A stretch of 64,000 nucleotides of DNA, taken from Calditrichia bacterium. GTDB lineage: Bacteria; Calditrichota; Calditrichia; JAJRVZ01. Under the pieces are notes generated by a model. It saw only the letters and a list, made by a program, of their open reading frames with translations. It made no database searches and was not told the origin of the DNA. Numbering within the stretch: position 1 is the stretch's first letter; each line of letters opens with the position of its first letter. The translations under genes and the position numbers were made by a program. Location: contig CAWCNS010000008.1 of NCBI GenBank assembly GCA_963796965.1, positions 224,001 to 288,000 of the forward strand. Reading direction: 5' to 3'. Shown one piece after another: positions 1 to 11,023 of the stretch.

Positions 1-2
1 TG

Positions 3-140
3 GGAACTGATGCAGTTTTTTGGGGCGACAAATTTGTAAAAAGTACAATATGGTATCATGAGGTCTCCATTGCCCCCCTTTTCGCCAATGTTATCTACAA
101 TATCAATACCAAACAATCTGTGTCTGAACTTCTTCGGTAA
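3..140 (+). CDS. prs: 3' end of a probable ribose-phosphate pyrophosphokinase (partial, runs off window)
   Basis: Manual translation GTDAVFWGDKFVKSTIWYHEVSIAPLFANVIYNINTKQSVSELLR* resembles the Prs C-terminus (..SVA.L.A..I..I....SVS.L); only 45 aa visible. Confidence 0.5.
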   Translation, partial: GTDAVFWGDKFVKSTIWYHEVSIAPLFANVIYNINTKQSVSELLR

Positions 141-144
141 TAAT

Positions 145-186
145 AAAAAAAGGGGATAATATTTTTACAAAAGATTATCCCCTTTA
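145..186. terminator. Intrinsic terminator, probably bidirectional
   Basis: AAAGGGGATAAT...ATTATCCCCTTT hairpin with an A7 tract on the left and a T-rich right side, between convergent genes. Confidence 0.75.
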
Positions 187-201
187 TTCGTATTTCTTTT
201 A

Positions 202-1201
202 TTAATTCAAATTAATCTCACCATTAATATGCAGATCTTTATTAATGATATTATAATTTTCATCGACTACTGTTGAATGACAGGCTGAACAGGCACTTGA
301 ACTCATATGACCTTTTGGTGGCAGATCATGGCAGGTTCCACAAGCTGCCTCATCTTCTTCAATTGTTGTCCACAACATCATCGGATTATTACCAACCATC
401 ACTGAATCCGTATAAACAAATTGATTATCACTCTCATCTTTGCGGAAATAAAAAGTTACCATGACAATATACATTTGAGCAATGATAATTATCAAAGTTA
501 TATATCAGGATTAACTTTCCCCTTCCACGTAGCCGCTGGCGAAAATTCAATATCAACGACACCATTCATATGCGTTGGATCATCAAAATCAGTAACCGGG
601 GTATGGCAAAGATTACAATCTCTGCATATACGCTGTTGTCCAGGTGGAATCTCTCATATGTGGCTGATGGGCGCCAACTCCCGGGGCAACTGGATATAGA
701 TTATTATCCAGATCTTTGGGTGGAGCCCAATTTGCCATCTCACGAAACAGGTGCAGCCGCAGTACCATGACAGGTATTACAGGCTTCAGGGCCCTGGGGA
801 TGACAGGTATAACAGGAGACACCACTTGTACCACCTTTATAATCTGCTCCATGACAGATCTTACACCCATCCAAAGGATAGCCCTTATCTTTTAGATAGG
901 CAGTGTGAGAGCCGTCATTGCCCGGTGCGGACCAGGTTGGTGGATGCGGATAGTTAGCATGGCAGTCATAGCAGGCAACACCGCTTGTACCCCCGGAATA
1001 ATCCAGACCATGACAGGGTTTGCAGTAATCTGAGCCAATGGCTTGATCCTTTTTCCCATGAAAATTTTCTGCATCACTATTCATCCAACCTTCCGGATGG
1101 GTAACACTTGGTAATGGCTCTGCATCTTCTGTACAAGAAATGACAAACAGTGTTAATAAACCTAGAAGCAATAATAAAGTTACTTTCAATGGATTCCTCA
1201 C
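202..1201 (-). CDS. Multiheme cytochrome c lipoprotein, CxxxxCH/CxxCH family (~9 hemes); split by several frameshifts
   Basis: Lipobox VISC; CKPCH, CYDCH, CKICH, CYTCH, CNTCH, then across frames APPKDLDNN..GVGAH, CNLCH, CSNVYCH (CX4CH), CGTCH, CSACH and a C-terminal LHINGEIN. Confidence 0.8.
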
Positions 1202-1226
1202 TTAGTTATTGAAAGAATCTGTTTTT

Positions 1227-4009
1227 TTAATTATATCCAAACAGGACTGAATAAATAATCAGCCCAATAAGTGTAATACCGGTAAACAGGGCAGTAAAGC
1301 CAAAAACAGTTATGACCTTTTTTCTTGTTTCTGAAATTTGCCCCTTCACTATTCTTTTTTCTAATTCACCATTAGCCACCAATTCTTCATATTCCCGTGG
1401 ACGGTCTTCTTTGTACTCTTCGAGTGGAACCAGTCCGCTGAAGATGACCCGATCCATGGGAAAAGCCTCAGGACGTAAATGGGTATTAAAAAAGTGTATG
1501 GTAAATATAAAGCCAACCGCCAGTAGCGCCTCATCACTGTGCACAATTGCCGCAACATTGATCATCCATCCGGGTAAGACATAGGTAAAATATTCCGGAT
1601 ACCACTTCATCAGACCGGAGAAACCAATAATGGCAACACCCCAAAATACAGCAAAGTAATCGAATTTTTCCCAATACGTCCAGCGGCCGTAATCCGGCCT
1701 TGGACCTAATCCAAAAAACCATTTCATGGTCGCGCCAAAATCTTTAATATCCTGCCAGTTGAACATCAAAGATCTTTTATCAAAAATAAATTTAATCCAA
1801 CTGACCTTAGCACGACGTTTCTCAGAAATTAGTTGATATAAGATGAAAAGCAAAATATCCAAAAGTTATAACTGCAGCTATTCTATGAATTGATCCAGCA
1901 GCATGTACTCCACCAAAAAGATCAGCAATAAACCGCGCCCAGGGCATGGTGGCGAACTTTATAGCCATACCAGTCAAAGCAAGGAGGATAAAACTTACAA
2001 TCACAAATATATGGGTGACACGTTGAGATGTTGAGAATCTTTTAATATATAGACGATCCTTATCGTCCTCTTCTTTTTCTTCTACCTTTTTGCGTTTCAT
2101 CATTTGGCGAATTGACCGCGGCAACCACAGAAGCGTGTGAAGACCAAAAAATCCAAATACACTTAAAAGTAATATCGTCATGAACCAATAGGTGTAGTAT
2201 AGAATGGGATATTTTACCTTATCATGGTGGGTGGCATGGGTTAAATATCCTGCGAATCTCTCATTGGCATTCGCATGACATTTTTGACAGGTTTCCACAA
2301 CATGATTCGGAGCAACCTTCGACTGGGGATCATTGACCCCCAGAATATCATGAGCGCCATGACAATCAGAGCATTTTGCAGCTTTCATATAGCCTAAGGT
2401 ATAGGCTTTTCCATGCATGGTTTCTGTATAGGTGCTTGATAGATCTTCATGACAGGTTCCACATTGATCCGTCACTTCATGAACAAATTTATCCTGTGCC
2501 GTCGGACTGATTGTATGTGAAGAATGACAATCCGAGCATGTAGGTAGTTTACGTTTACCTTCATCTTCCAGCGAAAAATGAATACTTTTGGTAAAATCTT
2601 TATATATACCTCTGTGACAGGTTGAACAGGTAGCTGGAACATTCTTATGATTAATACTAGAATAGGGATCGCTCGTCGATTGTATTAGATGCGTATTATG
2701 ACAATCCGTACAAATGGCACTCGGCAGTAATCCTTTTTCTGTTAAACCACGACCATGAACACTTGTAGAATAGTCCGCAAAGGCTTCACGGCGATGTGTT
2801 CCTTTTTCTACTGCTTTACCATCTGCTTTATGACAATCACCACATAACTTAGGAATTTCACTCCTGAAAGTTGGGGCATCTTCATCCAGGTGAGACTCAA
2901 CCATATGGTCCCCATGACAATCGACACAGTAGGGTACATTTTTGTCTCCTTTAAGAAAAGCCTTTCCGTGCTCACTTGCATAATACTCTTTAGAGATTTT
3001 AGCATGACAGACTTGAACAATCGATTTTGCCAGCGGTAATACAAGGTCTTTTATGCCCTGGTTTAACATCAGAATGGCATTTAACACAGGGGATATTGCG
3101 ATGCCGGGATTGAGACAAATCATCCCTTTTTACCTGGAGTGAAACAGATTGACCCTCTACTGTTTTATGCACATCCTCTTTTTCATGGCATTTCAGGCAG
3201 GATCGATCAGAGATATTCATTGCCACCGACTCTTTTCTAACCTGATGGGGTAGATGGCAATCGGTACAAACCGGGATGGCACCCGGACGGGCTTCCCATA
3301 GTTCTCCTTTTATGACCTGATCATGCACCTCTTCTATTTTGGTATGACAGATCATACAGGTGGCAACAACATTTTGTCTGGAGACAGAGGATTTCGAAAA
3401 ACTTCTGGGAAGGATCATATGACTGCGATGACAATCGGTACATGAAGCGGTAACGATTAGGCCTTTTTCAAATAAACCGACACCATGTATACTTTGACTA
3501 TAGTTCTCTATAATATTATGCTCAGAAATATCATAGGTATTGGCAACCGGTGCTCCCTCTCTGTGACACCGTCCACAGAGATAAGGAATCTGCATTTTAT
3601 AGGTGGGTGAATTCAGATCAGAGGCAGAGGCAATATCATGGGTACCATGGCAATCTGCACAATCCGGTGCATAGGGTGCCTTCCGTTTCAAAGCCTGGCC
3701 ATGAATGCCGGCATCAAAATTCAATTGTTTATCATCATGACAGTTTCCACAGTAGACTGGTTCCAATTCTTCCGGATGCGGAAAATCTTCAACATCTGCA
3801 TCCTCATGACAGGAGATGCATTCACTCTCCGCATGGACTGATTTAGTGAAGACATCTTCATCAACAAAAACTGATATGGTCCGGCCACCCCGTTCCATCT
3901 CAAGATCTTCATCGGAATGACAATCAAAGCAGGCTTCATTATCTGCCTGGACAATCCTGAGAGAAGCGTTAAAAGTAAGAATAATACATAAATTTCTTAC
4001 AAGTCGCAT
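1227..4009 (-). CDS. CbcL-like inner-membrane multiheme cytochrome c (~19 CXXCH) fused to a di-heme cytochrome b (FdnI/HydC-like) domain; frameshifts near 3010 and 1830
   Basis: ATG 4009 after AAGGAG; 10 CXXCH in ORF 2999-4099, one across the frameshift and 8 in ORF 1822-3123; then TM helices with RVTH, IHRIAA, RWTYWEKFDYFAVFWG, IVHSDEA, IHFFNTH. Confidence 0.85.
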
Positions 4010-4022
4010 AGGGACTCCTTGA

Positions 4023-5975
4023 TTATCTGTCAAATTTATACTCATCCATATGTTGTGCTGCCTGATCCGGTTCAGTTGGTGTGTTCTGCAATTCTTCATA
4101 TTCCAACGGGTGGTGGTGCTTCATTTCTTCTTCACTAATCCGGCCATCCATCCAGGTTAAACTCATTGGATATTTATCCGGACGATAGATTACCAGGAAC
4201 CAATGCCAGATGATAATTGAGAGCGTGGCCAGCCAGGCTTCAAAATAGTGAATAATTTCAGATACTTCAAAACTCCAGGAAGGTAAAAAACTCATGGCAA
4301 TCTCAGGAAACCATAGAATCAATCCGGTGATGGCCATTAAGGCTGTTCCCCAGATCAAAGCCAAATATTCGGCTTTTTCCGTATAATCCCACCGGCCAAA
4401 CTTCGGATGTTCTTTTGTTTTACCCAGATAAAACTTCATATTTTGAATAAAACCGGTTATATCGGATATTTTTGGGAGTAATCCAAAAATATCTCTTCTG
4501 ACCTTTGCGGCTAAACATAAAATACGCCGCCTGGATAATTGAACCGATAATCATAACGACTGCCGCAATTCGGTGAATTAAGGCCCTTAATGCCTCCGTC
4601 ATGCCAATATCAACCAACCATCCAACCCAAAGCGCATCGGGAAATTTTAAGGCAAAACCGGTAATAACTAAGGTAAAAAAACTTAAAATCAAAAACATAT
4701 GTTGATAGACTTCAAAAGGTTGAAACCGTTGATAGGTCCTGCCATTTTTGAGCGCCTGACGTTTTTGTCCTTATATAGTAAAGCAAGATGATCAGATTAT
4801 GAATAAACATCCCCCCAACAACAACGATGATAATCCATATATAAAATTTCTGCACATAAAATCCGATAGGATTTCGTGTTTCCATCTCCAGGGGATGAAC
4901 GGGAATATTAACAAAATCTGCTGTTATATCCTCATGGCATTTCCCACAGGTTGTGTGAAAGATTATCCGGATTTATACTTGATTCCGGATTATAGAGAGC
5001 CCATAATTGAATGTACTTCATGGCAACTGGTACAATTGGCTGCATCTGGAGATCCCTTAAGAACAGCTAAACCGTGATAGGTCCGGCTGTATGTAGAAAA
5101 TCTTTCCGGATCTAAGCCAAATCTATTCATCATCGCGGGAGAAGCATGACAATTTGCACAGATCTGAGAAGATAAGTTTAATTTATTAGTTACGGCATCA
5201 TGATCCTGTGGCGATACAATTCCATGCTCACCATGACACTCGTTACAGGTTGGCGATTCAAAATGTCCCCTTGCCAGAGATTTCCCAGTGCATACTTTTG
5301 TCATATTCTTCTTTTTCCGCTTCATGGCAGTTACCACATGTTTCGGCAACATGTATTTTACTAAATTTCGATTTTGGATTTGTCATCACATAAATAGCGT
5401 GATAATCCATGACAACTGATACAGGTCGGAGGATCTCTTGTCTGTCTCCTCATGTAAAATTTTATTATGTACACTCTCGTGATAACCCTTTACCGGTCCC
5501 TCACCCTTTATTCCTAAAGCTGTAGAACTTCGGGTTTGGAATGACATTCCCCACAGGTAGTCTCAATATTCAGAGCATATGTTTTTGATTCCGCATTATC
5601 AGAAGGTAGAATATCATGTTTACCATGACAATCAGCACATGTAACAACGGTACCGGGCATATATTCTTCTGAATGCGCATGTATACTCTCACTAAATTCT
5701 TCCTGAGCGTCATCATGACATTCAGCACAAACTACCTTGGGTAAATCTTCATCATGATCAACATCTTCTAATGTACTATGACAATCAATACATTCCATAT
5801 CTCCATGTATTGATTTCTGAAATTTCTCCAGATCGACATACATGGATACTTCTACCGTATCATTAATTATACCTGTCATCTCCTCATCGGAATGACAATC
5901 CATACATTCCTCAACCGATTGTGCTAAAAATATACCTGGGAGGAGAAACAGTAAAAATAAAATTCTTTTAAGCAT
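4023..5975 (-). CDS. Second CbcL-like multiheme cytochrome c (~11 CXXCH) / cytochrome b fusion; multiple frameshifts
   Basis: Signal peptide; CMDCH, CIDCH, CAECH, CADCH, CGECH, CISCH, CGNCH, CNECH, CANCH, CTSCH, CGKCH reconstructed across frames; cytochrome b motifs IHRIAA, GRWDYTEKAEYLALIWG, IHYFEA, IWHWF. Confidence 0.8.
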
Positions 5976-5993
5976 TATAGTTTATACTTTCTT

Positions 5994-6885
5994 TCATTTT
6001 CCATGGCAGGTCATACAGACCACATCGCCGGTCAGATCACTGTGGCAAGATTGACAATAGTCAAAATCATATTGTGCTGCCTTAGCATGGAGTCCACCGG
6101 TTGTTGTATTTGACCAGCCAGCATAACTGTGATTCTTGGGCATCACCATTTCTATGGCATGACATTCATTACAAAACGCGTATTCTCTGTGACAGGTTAT
6201 ACAATTTTCTTTATTTCCTTTAGCATCGATTCCATGCGTGTTACGATAATTTAACGGATGTGCTTCCCTGTCCAGATTATCACCTTCATGGCATTGCAGA
6301 CAATAAAAATTTGAATGACAGTGACTGCAGGTCTTTTCCTGAATTTCCCATTCCGTTCCATGATCTTTACTCCAGCCGGCCAAATGGTTAGCAGGTTTAG
6401 CGACCTGGGTATTACTATGACAGGTGAGACATTTATCTTTTTCCTGGGAGAAATCAGCCGTTCCATGACAATCCGTGCAAACCGATCGATCTGGTAAATG
6501 CAGACCGGCTGTCGTTTCATTTTTATCCGTGATCCCACTATGACAGGTCAGGCATTCCATTTCCTTTTCGATGTGGGGTTGATGTGAAAACTGTGCTCCC
6601 ATATCAACTATCCGCATTACTTCTCCTGCCTCATCCGGATTAGTGTGGCAGACACTACATTCCGTATCATCCTCATCATGGCAATTATAACAGGTTTCCA
6701 TGGCAGGAAGGAGATTATCTGAAGGCGATGTGCTGGCTTCTGCTTTTTCATGACAATCTGTGCAAGATGCACCCGCCTCTTCTGCATGGTATTTATGTGA
6801 AAATATAAGAACATCATCCTGGGCATATGCAAGTAACAACCCAGACAATTAATAGACCGATAGTCAATAAGATTATTTTTCTCAT
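5994..6885 (-). CDS. Periplasmic dodecaheme cytochrome c (frameshift in signal-peptide region)
   Basis: 12 CXXCH in ~290 aa; FSH c3-like motifs; ATG 6885 encodes signal-like MRKIILLTIGLL that shifts into ORF 5994-6848. Confidence 0.85.
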
Positions 6886-6895
6886 GGCTTACCTT

Positions 6896-8119
6896 TTACC
6901 AGATATAGTGGATATGGTTTAAGAAGCGTTGATCCGTTTTGCTATACATGTTATTTAATAATTGATACTCGGCAACTACTTTCCAGTGGTCTGCAAAGCT
7001 ATAACTTGCCCGCAAGGCGTTCCCAATCTGATCTTCATAATCGTACAATTCGCCAAGTCTATAGCGCATATAGTCAATTGAAATTGATCCGATCAGGCCG
7101 GGAATAAACTCATAGCCATAATTGATCAAGAAACCCAACTCATCACCAAGGTCTCCCGTCTCATAAACCACGCCAAGTGATCCGTTTAAATCGCTAAAAC
7201 TGACGATGATCCGCTGCCCGGTTTCGTCTGATCCTAATGTATAATAATGGAAATCAGCAGAGAGTGAATAGGCATCTGTAAAATAATAGGATCCACCTAC
7301 CCCACCTTGTTTATATTCCGACAGGTCAAATCTGGTATAATAGGAATTGGCATAAATCTGTGGGTGCTGTTGTTTTAGATGCAGATTAAAGCGAAGTTTT
7401 TGTGAGGCCGTCCACCGTGTAGAGAAATAAAACCGATGCAAGCGGTTATTGGCCATATCATAATGACCCTGGATTAAAAAACGCCAATCTTTAAGGGTAT
7501 AATTGGAAAGGTTTAATGCTGCAATTTGCCAGATCGATTCGTTTTGATGCATTTTTTGTATATAGGCCAGTTGCAGATCCGTTCCACCCAAATTAAAATA
7601 TTTGATGGCTCCCCCATAGACAGCAGCCTCATCCCAATTATATACTTTATAACTTCGGGGCAATGTAGATTCAACACCACCATAGAGGTGGACGCGCCAG
7701 GATTTCCCCGGTTTCAAAATAAGATTTAATCCATCCAGGCTACCAAATACAATTCCCGGATGAAAGAAGAAGCGTCCTAACTCCACATCCATAAACCCGC
7801 TAAACAGGTCTGTTGCACTCAGTGAAAGGCGATTTACCCGAAAGCGAAGATCATTGGGTATATCTTCCTGTAAGTTTGTCAAGAGACGGGTGTTGTAGTG
7901 AAAAGTCAGGTTGTTATACTCTTTGACTTTTGCCTGGAAACGGAGATATTGATAAAAAAACCAGTTGGTCTCCTGCTCATCAGTTCCACGTAAAACCGGT
8001 GGAACATAGGCATAAATAGAGTTTGTGAACCTTCCCTTTGTCTCCACCTTTTGGGCATTAACATGCGACAAGGACAATAAAACAATTAGAACTAAAATGG
8101 CAAAATGTTTTGCTTTCAT
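6896..8119 (-). CDS. Outer-membrane beta-barrel, putative porin of a porin-cytochrome conduit
   Basis: Signal peptide, alternating aromatic/hydrophobic strands, C-terminal HIHYIW aromatic terminus; first gene of the cytochrome operon. Confidence 0.75.
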   Translation of the reverse strand: MKAKHFAILVLIVLLSLSHVNAQKVETKGRFTNSIYAYVPPVLRGTDEQETNWFFYQYLRFQAKVKEYNNLTFHYNTRLLTNLQEDIPNDLRFRVNRLSLSATDLFSGFMDVELGRFFFHPGIVFGSLDGLNLILKPGKSWRVHLYGGVESTLPRSYKVYNWDEAAVYGGAIKYFNLGGTDLQLAYIQKMHQNESIWQIAALNLSNYTLKDWRFLIQGHYDMANNRLHRFYFSTRWTASQKLRFNLHLKQQHPQIYANSYYTRFDLSEYKQGGVGGSYYFTDAYSLSADFHYYTLGSDETGQRIIVSFSDLNGSLGVVYETGDLGDELGFLINYGYEFIPGLIGSISIDYMRYRLGELYDYEDQIGNALRASYSFADHWKVVAEYQLLNNMYSKTDQRFLNHIHYIW

Positions 8120-8179
8120 GGGCTCAACCCGTTCATTTTGTTATATGGCTTTTAACTATTGGTTGGATAGTAAATTATT

Positions 8180-8195
8180 GACAAAATTTGTGCCA
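8180..8195 (-). promoter_or_regulatory. sigma-54-like promoter for the porin-cytochrome operon
   Basis: TGGCAC-AAATT-TTGTC, 60 nt upstream of the start; -12 element is the variant TTGT. Confidence 0.55.
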
Positions 8196-8342
8196 ATTTC
8201 TGCGATTATTCCTAAATACATGTTATTATTAATTTTGTATACTTTTTATCCCCTTGTGAGTCTTCACTATTTTACTAAAATTTCAATTATTTTTAAGAAT
8301 ATTCCTAAAGATAATAATGAATTGTCTCACCTACATTTTTCA

Positions 8343-8443
8343 GCCACAGAGGACTCAGAGAGCAGGATTAGGTAAAAAAGAAAAAGGTAAAAGGTAAAGC
8401 TTTTTACCCTCTAACTTTTTACTTCTAAATATCTCCATGGCTA
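8343..8443. repeat. Intergenic periodic inverted-repeat element (CCACAGAG arm enclosing 7-mer AAAAGGT repeats)
   Basis: gccacagaggactcagagag ... aaaaggtaaaaggtaaag/ctttttacc ... ctccatggct; related copies at 19385, 30571, 42868, 44599, 48235, 54499. Confidence 0.5.
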
Positions 8444-8536
8444 AATTAAATTGTGCTCGCTTATGATCATTACATTTTTAATATCGGTCTGTGCCAGTAC
8501 ATAAAATAAAGATTACAAAAGATATAATAATCGGAT

Positions 8537-8572
8537 AAAAAAAAAACCGGAGCCATCCCTGGCCCCGGTTTT
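8537..8572 (-). terminator. Intrinsic terminator after the rhodanese gene
   Basis: CCGGGGCCA-loop-TGGCTCCGG followed by T10 on the minus strand. Confidence 0.85.
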
Positions 8573-8589
8573 GGGATACAACATCCCTG

Positions 8590-9603
8590 TTATTCAAGAA
8601 CTGCGCTATAATCAGCAGTCGGGGCTACATATTTATGCCCGGCTAATTGATCAACGCCAAAACCATTTACACCATATGTTACACTATAGGCTTCATAACC
8701 AAGCAGACGCAAGTAAGCAGTCATCTGGGCGGAGGTTTGGCCAGTGTAGCAATAGAATGCGATCTTCTGATCTTTTGGTAAGCGATTTAATCTGGCGTCT
8801 TTAAGAAGATCAGCTTTTGGTGAAAACTGATAGGCCCCTTCAATATGACCTGGAGCCAAATATTCACCGGCAGGCCAGTAGTTGATGACAAAATAATTGC
8901 TGACGTCATCGGGTAAAGCAGAAACACCCATACCCCAATCAGCTGTTCCATCACCATTCCAGTCCCAGACCTTATCAAAGTTGGCTTTCATTATATCAAC
9001 AGCATTCTCTTTTCCTGTGCTCAGTTTAGGAAAACCACTGGCTTCACCCGGATCACCTTCATCCGTATTATTTAATGTATACCAGTTAGAACCGTCAATT
9101 TTTTTCTGCCATGCGTCAGATTTTGCAACAACCTGGGGATCAGAGGTCACACCGCACATTCCGAATAGAAGGTTGGATGCATCCAATCCTAGTAAATTCA
9201 AAACAGAAGTGGCAACACTGGCTGTTTGACCAGAATAACAGATACAAACAACACGTTTGTCAGTTGGAATAGTGCCGTCATCAACTTTGTCAACCAAAGA
9301 AGACAAGGGAATATTCGTAGCACCTTTAAGATGTTTGTCCGCATAATCTGTGGCGGAACGTAAATCGACCAGAAAAACATCATCTGCCTGTGCAGGATCC
9401 GTTAAAATGACATAAAGATCAGCCATACTGATATTAACTCCACCTGAGGCGGTGGTATAATTTTCAACATATTCATCGCCAACAGCAGCAACCAGTGCAA
9501 ATTCATCAACCGGTTCTTCTTGTGGTTCACTGGAACTTGAACACGCTGCAAAAATAGTCAGCGACAGGATTAAGGTAAAATACAACAACTTCTTGATAGT
9601 CAT
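8590..9603 (-). CDS. Tandem rhodanese-domain lipoprotein (sulfur/selenium transferase)
   Basis: Lipobox FAAC; two domains with VDLRS..HLKGATNI..CYSGQT and GHIEGA..CYTGQT..LRLLGY active-site loops. Confidence 0.9.
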   Translation of the reverse strand: MTIKKLLYFTLILSLTIFAACSSSSEPQEEPVDEFALVAAVGDEYVENYTTASGGVNISMADLYVILTDPAQADDVFLVDLRSATDYADKHLKGATNIPLSSLVDKVDDGTIPTDKRVVCICYSGQTASVATSVLNLLGLDASNLLFGMCGVTSDPQVVAKSDAWQKKIDGSNWYTLNNTDEGDPGEASGFPKLSTGKENAVDIMKANFDKVWDWNGDGTADWGMGVSALPDDVSNYFVINYWPAGEYLAPGHIEGAYQFSPKADLLKDARLNRLPKDQKIAFYCYTGQTSAQMTAYLRLLGYEAYSVTYGVNGFGVDQLAGHKYVAPTADYSAVLE

Positions 9604-9627
9604 AAATGACTCCTTTCTTGGGTTAGT

Positions 9628-10959
9628 TTAAGGTATTATTACATCTTTATTTGCTTGTTTTTCATAATCTTCAAGATCTGAATCTCTCAAATACGTACCG
9701 AGTGTACTATTACGATCGTGACATTTTTCAGAGCAGCGGGTAACGCCACCCGTTGTATCTGTTCTGGCTGTCCAACGCTGAATATTATGCGGGGTTGCAT
9801 ATTTCCAGGTGGGCAGATCATCAAATTCTGGAAGATCGGCAACACCCCATTCCTTGTAGGTATCTTGTATAATTGGTATATGGCGCAATGCCACATAATC
9901 ATAGGGTTTATTATTTGACTGTAGTGGGTTTTTACCAATTTTAAATTGCATCCAGGAAGAACCGGTAATACCATCACCACCAGCATGACAGGCATTACAG
10001 TTTTTATAATCCTGCGAATGACAGACCTGACATTCCAGATAAGAACGGCTTTCATTTCCAAGTGGTGTTTCCCAATGTGTCTGATGATAAATATTCTTTG
10101 ATATGGCATCATTGTGACAGTCTTCACATTTTGGCGCAGTGGAATTATTCTCATCATAGCGATGCTCTAACATTCCGGCCGCTCCATGCATCTCCTGAGC
10201 ACTATGGCAAAATTCACAGCGCTTTGCCCCTGGCTGATAATGTACATCAGCTTTAAAACCTTCATTCTGGCCAAGATATTCAGCACCAACACGGCTGCCA
10301 TGACAAGCGGTACAATTATTGGTCATACTGGGGGTCTTTTTAAAATTATGCCCGTCAAGAAAACCACCAGCCACTGAATTAGGACGGCTGACATGGCATT
10401 GCCCACAAGTGGCATGACACTTACCACATTCCATGTCAAACTCCATCTGCAAATGATCGCTATCCCTTAAATCATATCCAGCCCTCTCTTCGAACATCGT
10501 ATAATACCCTTCCTGGGTACGATGCAGACTGACATTGTACATGGCCACGGTTCCGGCATGACATCCGGAACAAAACTCCTCATCCTCAGCACTGGGATCA
10601 AAGACGACATCGGCATGCGCTTTATTCATATCCACCGTCTTGTCATCACCACGGTGGCAGGAAATACAGGAGAGTTCACCATGAAGACTCGTAAGGAAGG
10701 ATTCCTTGACTAAAACTTTTTCCCACGCCTCCAACGGAGGCACTGAGCCACCTCAGCCTTCGCCCGAATCACCACTGGGAGGAGGAATCGGCGTTGCGAG
10801 TTCTTTTAAAAGTTCTTTATCGGTATGACATTCGACACAACTACCTTGAGCCAAAACAGGCACATCTCCTCCTTCAATCTTATTAGGATACTTTTCAGTA
10901 CACCCTACATAGAGAAGAAGGATCAGACTGCTCATAATAAAAAAGATGATTTTTTTCAT
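9628..10959 (-). CDS. Selenocysteine-containing multiheme cytochrome c lipoprotein (443 aa, Sec at residue 69; 10 CXXCH + 1 CX3CH)
   Basis: ORFs 10753-10959 and 9628-10743 are in the same frame, separated only by TGA GGT GGC TCA; lipobox YVGC lies in the first part and the second part has no signal peptide; SECIS-like hairpin follows the TGA. Confidence 0.85.
10725..10755 (-). promoter_or_regulatory. UGA codon plus bacterial SECIS element
   Basis: UGA-GGUGGCUCAGU(11 nt)-GCCUCC-GUU-GGAGGC: perfect 6-bp stem, extendable by two GU pairs, apical loop starting GU, 17 nt from UGA. Confidence 0.8.
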
Positions 10960-11007
10960 CTCACCTACCTTATGGTTAAATATTCCGGTTTATCAAGTTA
11001 CATTAAT

Positions 11008-11023
11008 CACAAAATTCGTGCCA
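11008..11023 (-). promoter_or_regulatory. sigma-54-like promoter for the selenocytochrome-rhodanese operon
   Basis: TGGCAC-GAATT-TTGTG about 50 nt upstream of ATG 10959. Confidence 0.6.

Noticed and set aside
740..742. TGA ending ORF 740-1201 as a second selenocysteine codon
   Set aside because: Read-through hits TAA 12 codons later; the conserved APPKDL..GVGAH continuation is in another frame, so this is a frameshift
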